Source: Pseudidiomarina andamanensis (GTDB taxonomy: Bacteria; Pseudomonadota; Gammaproteobacteria; Enterobacterales; Alteromonadaceae). Taken from it: a stretch of 32,000 nt of DNA. The stretch lies in NCBI RefSeq assembly GCF_009734345.1, contig NZ_CP032551.1:660001-692000 (forward strand), read 5' to 3'. Under the pieces are notes generated by a model. It had not been told where the DNA came from. It saw only the letters and a list, made by a program, of their open reading frames with translations, and did not search any database. Each line of letters starts with the position of its first letter. The stretch's first letter is position 1. This document shows, piece after piece, positions 21,801-28,939 of this stretch. The position numbers and the translations under genes were made by a program.

Positions 21801-23101
21801 GTTACGCCCTCCTCGGTTAAGCAATCTTGCCAATGCACAATACGTCTCTCGTCAGTTTTATCTGGCACGACTAACAGCGCTTCAACATTCAAACAATATT
21901 GCTGAAGCAATGTTAAAAATCGCATCGCCGCTCGGTCTGGAGTTAATCGAGCATTCAACCGCACTGTTAAGCGAGCAACCGGATGTTCATCTAAACGCGC
22001 CAACAGCCGCTGCTTGTCTTCACTTCTAGCAATCACACCTGCATACCAACTTTCTTTCTGATGTTGCTTCAACCAAGCTGAGTCGGCTTCATGATCGAGA
22101 CTGATCACTAGTTCACCTTGGCCCGGTTTTGGCGTGCGCCACTGCGCGTTGTCAATCCCCGAAACATCGCTATCCGCATCAACCAACTCGGTTGCTGCCG
22201 ATATCGTTAATTTCCGAATAATTGGTGCGTAACCCGGCAAGGTTAAATCAATGGTCATTTTTCGAATGCGCCCAATCAAAACAATAATAGAGCCAATCAA
22301 AAATAGGAATCGCCAGGCAACACCATAAATGATAACGCAGCTGAGCAACCAACGACCCGCTTCAAGCTGAGCACTCTCACTGGGTTTGTCCCACAGTGCC
22401 GCAACCGACGGCGCATCAACACCAAACAAGGTCGGAATTAAACCGATTACACTTACCCATGTTTGCAGGGTTTCAGCAGGCCAGATAGTAGTTGCCCAAG
22501 TAAATACATACGCACTGGTGCTTAAGTGAAAAAACAAGACAAACCACACCGCTAACATGAACAGCGTCCAATAGCCGTGGGTTAACGCCGAACCAGCTGG
22601 CTTTGTTAGTCCGTACTGGTTGGCTATGGTGAGCAAGGTATTATTGAACTGCTGGTTATACTGGCGCTGTCCAATGTGTTCTAGTGCCCACAGTGACACA
22701 CGCCCCACCCAGCCAAAGCTATCTTTAATAATCAGAGAAAAGCACCAGAGTAAAAATAAAATGATGTGTAAACCCAATAACATCATTAAGGCGTAACTTA
22801 GCGAGATAGGCTGTGTAACACTTAATGTGCCACGCACAATGGCAACGGCACCAACAATGGCAAATACGCTGAGAAGAATTGCGATGAGTCGTCGAAAGTG
22901 GTCCCACACCCGTAATTGATGCACAAGCCCAAGTCGTGCTGCTAATAATTCGGCACGCTTGAACACCCGCTGTTCCATTGTTGGTAACTGGCGAGCTTGT
23001 TGTTCGATGGCATCGGCGCGTTGAAAGCCATTTTGTAATTCATGGCGGCGAACGAGTTCCGCCATCCATACTGAACGAAAACGAGAGAATATTTTAAGCA
23101 T
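21788..23101 (-). CDS. Polytopic membrane protein of unknown function (resembles DUF2868 family from memory)
   Basis: 437 aa. About 5-6 hydrophobic helices (e.g. LIAILLSVFAIVGAVAIV, ALMMLLGLHIILFLLWCFSLII, YWTLFMLAVWFVLFFHL, LLSCVIIYGVAWRFLFLIGSIIVLIG) and a soluble C-terminal domain of about 150 aa. Its stop overlaps the downstream GTPase gene by 13 nt. Confidence 0.75.
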   Translation of the reverse strand: MLKIFSRFRSVWMAELVRRHELQNGFQRADAIEQQARQLPTMEQRVFKRAELLAARLGLVHQLRVWDHFRRLIAILLSVFAIVGAVAIVRGTLSVTQPISLSYALMMLLGLHIILFLLWCFSLIIKDSFGWVGRVSLWALEHIGQRQYNQQFNNTLLTIANQYGLTKPAGSALTHGYWTLFMLAVWFVLFFHLSTSAYVFTWATTIWPAETLQTWVSVIGLIPTLFGVDAPSVAALWDKPSESAQLEAGRWLLSCVIIYGVAWRFLFLIGSIIVLIGRIRKMTIDLTLPGYAPIIRKLTISAATELVDADSDVSGIDNAQWRTPKPGQGELVISLDHEADSAWLKQHQKESWYAGVIARSEDKQRLLARLDEHPVARLTVRLNARLTPDRAAMRFLTLLQQYCLNVEALLVVPDKTDERRIVHWQDCLTEEGVTWKQ

Positions 23102-23214
23102 TGAACCGCTGTCTATTTAGCTAACTACATTGTAATTATTATTTTGAATAGCCTTCATTTAACCTGAGAAGCGGTCGATTTACAACGCTTGATTCCGGTA
23201 TTTCTAACGAAGAT

Positions 23215-23451
23215 TTATAATTGCGTGCGTTGGCGGCAAGTCGCTTCAGATAAGTCGTAATTCACACTAACATAATGGTCATTTGGACAAACCAACCGTT
23301 CTGACTCTTTCTTATTATTAGTGGATAACTGCGTTAATTTTACCGCCCAATCATTTAAGTTTACGTTAGGGGTAATATCGATCTGTTGGTCGCGGTTATA
23401 GTACTGAAACGCAACGCCGCCGAAGATAAGAAGCAACAATAATTTGCGCAT
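23215..23451 (-). CDS. Small hypothetical exported or membrane-anchored protein (78 aa, two Cys)
   Basis: The ATG at 23451 gives MRKLLLLLIFGGVAFQYY, an N-terminal hydrophobic signal or anchor. The mature part has two cysteines. I recognise no homolog. Support comes only from ORF length, the signal-like N-terminus and its position in an otherwise empty gap. Confidence 0.45.
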   Translation of the reverse strand: MRKLLLLLIFGGVAFQYYNRDQQIDITPNVNLNDWAVKLTQLSTNNKKESERLVCPNDHYVSVNYDLSEATCRQRTQL

Positions 23452-23500
23452 GGCTATTTCCACCTAATTTACAATCAAATAAGAAAATGGCAATTTTGCC

Positions 23501-23517
23501 CTCAATGCAGCATTGAG
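23501..23517. repeat. 17-nt palindrome CTCAATGCAGCATTGAG
   Basis: Two 8-nt arms, CTCAATGC and GCATTGAG, around a single central base. Located in the spacer between ybjQ and the small ORF. On the minus strand it is followed by GGCAAAATTGCC and a U-rich run, so it may be part of a terminator. Confidence 0.7.
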
Positions 23518-23540
23518 TCTAAGCAAAACTTGCTATTTGC

Positions 23541-23556
23541 ACCGTAAATTTACGGT
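23541..23556. repeat. Perfect 16-bp palindrome ACCGTAAATTTACGGT
   Basis: Exact dyad symmetry read directly from the sequence, 36 nt downstream of the ybjQ stop on the minus strand. No U-tract follows. It is either an operator-like site or a hairpin. Confidence 0.7.
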
Positions 23557-23591
23557 AAAGCCAGTGTAAATTTTGGTCTGTATTTTTAACT

Positions 23592-23927
23592 TTATGATTT
23601 CGCTTGAGTTAACTTAACCGCAGTACCATAGGCTAATAATTCTGCTGCACCATGCGCAAGCATTGAAGTACTGAAACGCACATCAATCACTGCGTCGGCG
23701 CCTAGTGTTCGAGCTTCATCGACCATTCTATCTAAAGCCTGTTCGCGGCTCTCGCCAAGCAGTTTGGTGTAATCATGAATTTCACCACCAACAATATTTC
23801 TAAAAGCAGCCAAAATATCTCGACCAAGATGACGCGCTCGAATGGTATTCCCGCGTACTAAACCCAGATGCTCGGTAATTTTAAACCCAGCAATATGGTC
23901 ACTACTCACAACTCGCACGTGTTTCAT
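23592..23927 (-). CDS. ybjQ: YbjQ/UPF0145 family protein (putative heavy-metal-binding domain)
   Basis: 111 aa, colinear with E. coli YbjQ (FRNIVGGEIHDYTKLLGESREQALDRMVDEARTLGADAVIDVRF...GTAVKL vs [44 protein letters not shown]...GTAVK). Its ATG overlaps the anti-sigma stop (ATGA at 23924-23927). Confidence 0.87.
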   Translation of the reverse strand: MKHVRVVSSDHIAGFKITEHLGLVRGNTIRARHLGRDILAAFRNIVGGEIHDYTKLLGESREQALDRMVDEARTLGADAVIDVRFSTSMLAHGAAELLAYGTAVKLTQAKS

Positions 23928-24367
23928 AATTGTACCTTCTTGTACCGATCATTCTTAGCGGCAATCCATCGTTGGCGTGCCACTGCTCCAAACAAGAGTA
24001 AAAACCCAAGCCCTAAACTGCTAGTGACGAGTTTGAGTGCCATCGGTATCGATTCATCCGACCAATAGCTAAAAATTCCATATATCGCGAGCAAAGACAA
24101 CGTGGTTAATACAAGAACCCATCCCGCGATGAACGCCCATCGACTCGGCTTATCCTTGTCGAATTTCGCCAGCAGTTGCCCATCATCAAATTTCGGTATC
24201 GCATTGCGCAGTTGCTCTCGCATACCTTGTAACTCTTTTAATTCGCTCTGACACCCCGCACACTCGGCTAGGTGATGATGCAATTGTTGCTGCTGCTGTT
24301 GCGTCAATTCATTATCCATGAAACCAGAAATTAGCGTTGCTGCCTGTTCGCATGTTAAACCACTCAT
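23924..24367 (-). CDS. Membrane-anchored zinc-type (ZAS, HxxxCxxC) anti-sigma factor
   Basis: The N-terminal segment CEQAATLISGFMDNEL...HHHLAECAGC contains the H-x3-C-x2-C motif. Two hydrophobic helices (WAFIAGWVLVLTTLSLLAIYGIF, LVTSSLGLGFLLLFGAVA) are joined by a loop of only about 13 aa. ATGA overlap with the upstream ECF sigma gene. Confidence 0.82.
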   Translation of the reverse strand: MSGLTCEQAATLISGFMDNELTQQQQQQLHHHLAECAGCQSELKELQGMREQLRNAIPKFDDGQLLAKFDKDKPSRWAFIAGWVLVLTTLSLLAIYGIFSYWSDESIPMALKLVTSSLGLGFLLLFGAVARQRWIAAKNDRYKKVQL

Positions 24368-24870
24368 TTTTCACCTCGTTGCAACGTCTCTAACACCTGT
24401 TTTAAAGCTAGCCGGGCGCGATGTAACCGCGACATAACGGTACCTTGTTCAAGCTGCATAATTTGGGTTATATCGGCATAGCTACAGCCATTAATTTCAC
24501 GTAAGACAATAATTTCGCGCTGTTCAATCGGTAACTTCTGAAGCGCCATTCTTACCATTTGTTGGGTCTGCCAAGTTTCGAACTGGTGTTCAGGCTCAAT
24601 CATGGTTGGCGCTTGCTGCTCATAATCTTCGCCCCCTAAGCCTTGTTCTTTGCGCTGACGCCGAATGACGTCAATCGCCGCATTATGAACGGCGCGCAAA
24701 AGCCAAGCTTTCAACTGGTGTTTATCAGTTGGCATATCGGTAACCGTCAACGCTACTTCTAACACCTGTTGCACACTATCGGCAGCACGCTGCTCGCATT
24801 GCTGGATAGCCATGGCATGTGTCATAGCATCGGCTATCAATGGTTTAAGCAGCGCCAAGCGTTCAGACAT
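24364..24870 (-). CDS. ECF-type RNA polymerase sigma factor (sigma-70 family group 4)
   Basis: 168 aa with region 2 (WLLRAVHNAAIDVIRRQRKE) and a region 4 HTH (REIIVLREINGCSYADITQIMQLEQGTVMSRLHRARLALKQ). AGGA lies 7 nt before the ATG. Confidence 0.9.
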   Translation of the reverse strand: MSERLALLKPLIADAMTHAMAIQQCEQRAADSVQQVLEVALTVTDMPTDKHQLKAWLLRAVHNAAIDVIRRQRKEQGLGGEDYEQQAPTMIEPEHQFETWQTQQMVRMALQKLPIEQREIIVLREINGCSYADITQIMQLEQGTVMSRLHRARLALKQVLETLQRGEK

Positions 24871-24904
24871 ATGAGTTCCTAATTAAATAGTCGCTTACCT
24901 ATAA

Positions 24905-24930
24905 AACGAATGAAGCAGTGTGTTTATTCC
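24905..24930 (-). promoter_or_regulatory. Candidate ECF-type autoregulatory promoter (GGAAT-N17-CGTT)
   Basis: The minus strand reads GGGAATAAACACACTGCTTCATTCGTTTTAT. GGAAT is the complement of 24926-24930 and CGTT the complement of 24905-24908, with a 17-nt spacer. It sits about 35 nt upstream of the sigma ATG. It only loosely fits the GGAAC/CGT ECF pattern. Confidence 0.3.
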
Positions 24931-24959
24931 CTCAAATACAAAATAAATTTTGGTTTTAA

Positions 24960-26792
24960 TTAATCTGGAAGAAAACCGCCCGATTGACGCGCCCATAACT
25001 GCGCATACAAACCGCCATGAGCCAGTAACTCTTCGTGGCTCCCTTGCTCTACAATTCTTCCCTCATCCATCACTACTAATCGATCCATAGCAGCAATGGT
25101 CGATAAACGGTGCGCAATCGCGATAACGGTTTTACCTTCCATTAAGCGATACAGATTTTCTTGTATCGCCGCTTCCACTTCGGAATCGAGTGCCGATGTC
25201 GCCTCATCTAGAATTAAAATTGGCGCATCTTTTAACATGACCCGAGCAATCGCAATACGCTGGCGCTGACCGCCGGATAACTTCACGCCACGCTCACCAA
25301 CGTGCGCGTCATAACCACGTCGCCCCTGAGAATCTTCGAGGTCCGCAATAAATAAATCCGCTTCCGCTCGATGCGCCGCTTGCTCAATCATATCTTGTGT
25401 TGCATCAGGGCGTCCGTAGGCAATATTCCCTCGTACCGATCGATGTAACAACGAGGTATCCTGCGTCACCATGCCAATATGCTGGCGCAAGCTTTCTTGA
25501 GTGACCGATGAAATATCTTGGTCATCAATGGTAATACGCCCATTTTTAACCTCATAAAAACGCAGCAATAAGTTAACCAACGTTGATTTGCCGGCACCTG
25601 AACGGCCTACTAAGCCAATTTTTTCACCGGCTTTAATGGCGAGATCGAGGTCACGTAGTACAGGCTTGTCTTCACTGTAATAAAAATTAAGATGGTCGAA
25701 ATGAATATCGCCGTGGTGAACCGTGAGTGGTTTTGCATTTGGTTTATCTTGAATATCTTGCGGTACCGAAACGGTTTTGATGCCATCCTGAACCGTACCG
25801 ATATTTTCAAACAACGATGAAATTTCCCACATAATCCACTGGCTCATCCCCCACAAACGCAACACCAAGCTCAACGCCACGGCAATTGCGCCCACGGTAA
25901 TTAAGCTTTCTACCCAAAGATAAATCGCCAGGAATCCAACACTAAACAGCAATAGGGAATTTAACAGGTATAGACAAGTGTAGAGTTTTGTAACAAGGCG
26001 CATTTGCCGATGCACCGTGCCAAGAAAATCGCTCATGCCCTCTTTCGCGAATGTGAGTTCGCGTTGGGCATGAGAAAACAATTTAACGGTTTGAATGTTG
26101 GTGTAGCTATCGACAATGCGCCCGGTCATAATGGAACGTGCATCCGCTTGATCGGCTGCGACTTTACCCAACCGAGGCACAAAGTAACGTAGTAACACCA
26201 AATAGAGACCTAACCAAGCTATCAGCGGTAATGCTAAACGCCAGTCAGCTGCACCAATGATCACCACAGTACCGATAAAATAAACGGTCACATAATTCAG
26301 CACGTCAAATAACTTGATGACGCACTCGCGCACCGCCAGAGCTGTTTGCATCACCTTCGTTGCAATACGACCAGCAAACTCATCCTGGTAGAACGTCACC
26401 GATTGATTCAGCAGATATTTGTGCACCAACCAGCGAATTCGCATCGGATAATTACCTAACAAGCTTTGATAGGTAATGAGAGAGTGAAAAATAACTAAAA
26501 GTGGCAAACCAATAAGAACAACCGCAGCCATTCCGGTAAGCCCCCAGAACTGCTCCTGCACAAACGTTTCTCGATTTTGCTCAGCTAACCAATCAACAAT
26601 GTTGCCGATAAAGCTGAATAGCCATACCTCGGTTAATGCAATCAGCATCATTAAGAACCCAGCCACAAATATGAACGGCCACGCGCCCTTGCTGTAATAC
26701 AAACAGAAGGCTACCAAGGTTTTTGGCGGTTGTTCGGGGTTACCATCTGGAAATGGCTTTAGACGTTGTTCAAACCAACGAAACATAATCAA
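24960..26792 (-). CDS. ABC exporter, fused permease/ATPase (MsbA/multidrug-like half transporter)
   Basis: 610 aa with six N-terminal TM helices, then an NBD carrying Walker A GRSGAGKST, signature LSGGQRQR and Walker B ILILDEATSALD. The start could instead be the ATG two codons downstream (MFRWFE...). Confidence 0.92.
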   Translation of the reverse strand: MIMFRWFEQRLKPFPDGNPEQPPKTLVAFCLYYSKGAWPFIFVAGFLMMLIALTEVWLFSFIGNIVDWLAEQNRETFVQEQFWGLTGMAAVVLIGLPLLVIFHSLITYQSLLGNYPMRIRWLVHKYLLNQSVTFYQDEFAGRIATKVMQTALAVRECVIKLFDVLNYVTVYFIGTVVIIGAADWRLALPLIAWLGLYLVLLRYFVPRLGKVAADQADARSIMTGRIVDSYTNIQTVKLFSHAQRELTFAKEGMSDFLGTVHRQMRLVTKLYTCLYLLNSLLLFSVGFLAIYLWVESLITVGAIAVALSLVLRLWGMSQWIMWEISSLFENIGTVQDGIKTVSVPQDIQDKPNAKPLTVHHGDIHFDHLNFYYSEDKPVLRDLDLAIKAGEKIGLVGRSGAGKSTLVNLLLRFYEVKNGRITIDDQDISSVTQESLRQHIGMVTQDTSLLHRSVRGNIAYGRPDATQDMIEQAAHRAEADLFIADLEDSQGRRGYDAHVGERGVKLSGGQRQRIAIARVMLKDAPILILDEATSALDSEVEAAIQENLYRLMEGKTVIAIAHRLSTIAAMDRLVVMDEGRIVEQGSHEELLAHGGLYAQLWARQSGGFLPD

Positions 26793-26912
26793 TCCTTAAT
26801 TGCATGATGCGAGTAACAAGCTAGACTTTGGTCGTATGTCAGTTGTTAGTGTGCATGAAGTACCATAACGCAGTTATTGTTGTACCAATAATAAACTAAA
26901 AAGGGTAACGCC

Positions 26913-28598
26913 ATGAATGCAATTCTGCTAATGCTACTCGGTTTAGGTGCGATGTTTTTGGGCTACGTTTTTTATTCGAAATTTGTAGCTGAAAAAATCT
27001 TTAAACTTGATCCGAATTTCCGAACGCCTGCTCACGAATTTGAAGACGGTGTCGATTTCGTTCCAACCAATAAATATGTCCTTTGGGGCCACCACTTTAC
27101 GTCTGTTGCTGGCGCAGCGCCAATTATCGGTCCTGCCATTGCCGTTATTTGGGGTTGGGTTCCCGCCTTCTTATGGGTGGTATTTGGTACTATTTTCTTT
27201 GCTGGGGTACACGATGCTGGTGCTATTTGGGCATCAAACCGAAATAAAGCACGGTCAATAGGCGCACTTACTGGCGATGTCGTCGGCAAGCGGTCGCAAA
27301 GCCTATTTATGATCGTGATTTTCCTTGTACTACTGATGGTGAACGCGGTATTTGCAACTGCTATTTCGGGATTGCTGATTAACTTCCCAAGTTCAGTTGT
27401 TCCGGTTTGGGGCGCTATTTTCGTCGCACTCATTATCGGTCAGGTCATATTCCGTAAATGGATGAACCTAGGAACAGTGTCCATTCTTGGGGTGATTGCA
27501 CTGTATGCTTTAATTTATGCGGGGCCTTCGCTCCCTATCGCGTTACCTGAGACCGTATTCGGTGTCTCAGACAATGCACAATGGATTATTGTCCTATTTT
27601 TATACGCTGCTATCGCATCGTTATTGCCAGTTTGGATGTTGTTACAACCGCGCGATTATATTAACGGTTTGCAATTATTCATTGGCTTAATTTTGGTTTA
27701 CGGCGCTGTGTTGATCAGCGGCCCTGAATTAGTTGCGCCAGCGTTTAATACCAACACCCCAGAGGGTACACCAAGTCTGGTGCCGTTGCTGTTTGTGACA
27801 ATTGCCTGCGGCGCTATTTCAGGCTTCCACGGTTTAGTGGCGTCTGGAACTACCTCGAAGCAATTAGATAAAGAAACCGACGCGCGTTTCGTCGGTTACT
27901 TTGGTGCTATTGGTGAAGGCTCGCTGTCATTAGCCACCATTATTGCGGCGACCGCTGGTTTCGCTACGCTTGCAGATTGGCAGGCGGTGTATCACAGCTT
28001 TGGTCAAGGCGGCGTGTCAGCCTTCGTTCAAGGTGGTGCCAATATCTTAAATAACGGTATTGGTCTTGATGTTGAGCTATCACAAACGTTACTGACCGTC
28101 ATGGCGGTGTTGTTTGCAGGTACAACTATGGATACCGGCTTACGTCTACAGCGTTATATTTTCCAAGAATGGGGAAATATCTACAACATCAAATGGATGG
28201 AAAAAGCCGCTCCAGCAACACTGCTTGCCGTTGCATCATGTCTGTTACTCGCGTTTGGTGCGGGTGGCGCAGACGGTGCTGGTGGCCTACTTATTTGGCC
28301 GTTGTTCGGCACCACAAACCAATTGCTAGCAGGTTTAACGCTCTTAGTAATTACCACCATGCTAGTTAAACTGGGCCGTCCAATGTACGTCACCTTGATA
28401 CCGTTACTATTCTTGTTGGTGATGACAATCTATGCCCTACTGATTCAGCTCATGGGCTTCTACCAGAAGTCTGACTGGTTCTTGTTTGGTTTAGATTTAG
28501 TGGTACTCATTGCAGCAATTTGGATTGCATTAGAAGCTGCCGGTACTCTAACGCGCCTTCGTCGCGAAATGCGACAATCAGCGCCATCAGCTGACTAA
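26913..28598 (+). CDS. Carbon starvation CstA-family transporter (short form, 561 aa)
   Basis: Polytopic membrane protein with CstA-type N-terminal motifs (VDFVPTNKYVLWGHHFTSVAGAAPIIGPAIAVIWGWVPAFLWV, FAGVHD). It is shorter than E. coli CstA, which is about 700 aa. Confidence 0.9.
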   Translation: MNAILLMLLGLGAMFLGYVFYSKFVAEKIFKLDPNFRTPAHEFEDGVDFVPTNKYVLWGHHFTSVAGAAPIIGPAIAVIWGWVPAFLWVVFGTIFFAGVHDAGAIWASNRNKARSIGALTGDVVGKRSQSLFMIVIFLVLLMVNAVFATAISGLLINFPSSVVPVWGAIFVALIIGQVIFRKWMNLGTVSILGVIALYALIYAGPSLPIALPETVFGVSDNAQWIIVLFLYAAIASLLPVWMLLQPRDYINGLQLFIGLILVYGAVLISGPELVAPAFNTNTPEGTPSLVPLLFVTIACGAISGFHGLVASGTTSKQLDKETDARFVGYFGAIGEGSLSLATIIAATAGFATLADWQAVYHSFGQGGVSAFVQGGANILNNGIGLDVELSQTLLTVMAVLFAGTTMDTGLRLQRYIFQEWGNIYNIKWMEKAAPATLLAVASCLLLAFGAGGADGAGGLLIWPLFGTTNQLLAGLTLLVITTMLVKLGRPMYVTLIPLLFLLVMTIYALLIQLMGFYQKSDWFLFGLDLVVLIAAIWIALEAAGTLTRLRREMRQSAPSAD

Positions 28599-28607
28599 GG
28601 TGGCAAG

Positions 28608-28880
28608 ATGAAAATACGAGCAATTGTTGAATGGTTAAAACAGGCAAACGACTACGCAACCAATGTGTATAACGCGCCATACCGCTCAGCTATTGCTCGT
28701 GCCAAGCGGGATGAAGATGATTTATTTATGCTATTAGTTTTCTCAGAGCTAATGGGCGTTCCGAATCCCGCTTCTTATTATACGCTTGAGTTGCAACCGC
28801 TATTGTTAGAGCGGTTTCACGAGTGGCATTTACGTATGGGGATGGAACACTCTCCGCTTGACGGTTTTCGTTGTTGTTAG
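28608..28880 (+). CDS. Small soluble protein ending in Cys-Cys-stop (possibly the RefSeq 'cory-CC-star' family, from memory)
   Basis: The ATG lies 9 nt after the cstA-like stop and is preceded by AGGTGG. 90 aa. Its only two cysteines are the last two residues (GFRCC*). No TM segment. Confidence 0.7.
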   Translation: MKIRAIVEWLKQANDYATNVYNAPYRSAIARAKRDEDDLFMLLVFSELMGVPNPASYYTLELQPLLLERFHEWHLRMGMEHSPLDGFRCC

Positions 28881-28939
28881 GCAACGTCACTCGTCGCATC
28901 TCGATAGTCTGCTTTTTGTTCTAATCTCACGGTGGTCTG

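Noticed and set aside
21801-21833. N-terminal extension MARLLNRGGRN of the GTPase ORF, and analogous tracker extensions at rarA 4896-4937, lolA 5536-5553, cspD 14977-15000, yejL 16381-16398 and the small ORF 23452-23463
   Set aside because: The extensions read through the Shine-Dalgarno sequence of the better internal ATG, or add residues absent from homologs. The downstream ATGs give canonical N-termini.
21658-22029. 123-aa plus-strand ORF spanning the junction of the membrane-protein and GTPase genes
   Set aside because: It is antisense to both overlapping minus-strand genes. It has no RBS, and the minus-strand frames are long and show coherent TM and P-loop features.
24272-24301. (CTG)3 flanked by TTG codons and a CAT/CAC run (encoding QQQQQQLHHH on the minus strand) in the anti-sigma gene, considered as a slippage or phase-variation tract
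   Set aside because: There are only three perfect trinucleotide units. In-frame triplet changes would not switch the gene off, and the tract is too short to argue for contingency behaviour.
26793-26912. CRP-like site (TGTGC-ATGAAG-TACCA) and CsrA GGA motifs upstream of the CstA-family gene, by analogy with E. coli cstA regulation
   Set aside because: The right half-site matches only 3 of 5 positions of TCACA, and no GGA-in-loop motifs are evident near the RBS. The evidence is too weak to call.
27032-27433. 133-aa minus-strand ORF, plus several 60-90-aa ORFs, inside the CstA-family gene (27007-27261, 28114-28393)
   Set aside because: They are nested in a continuous 561-aa polytopic transporter ORF with CstA motifs and are shadow frames.
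28278-28285. Isolated E. coli-type Chi (GCTGGTGG), its complement at 13006-13013, and a single KOPS-like CCCTGCCC at 15426-15433
   Set aside because: Single occurrences are expected by chance in 32 kb. The Chi and KOPS sequences of this lineage are unknown to me, and no orientation bias can be inferred.
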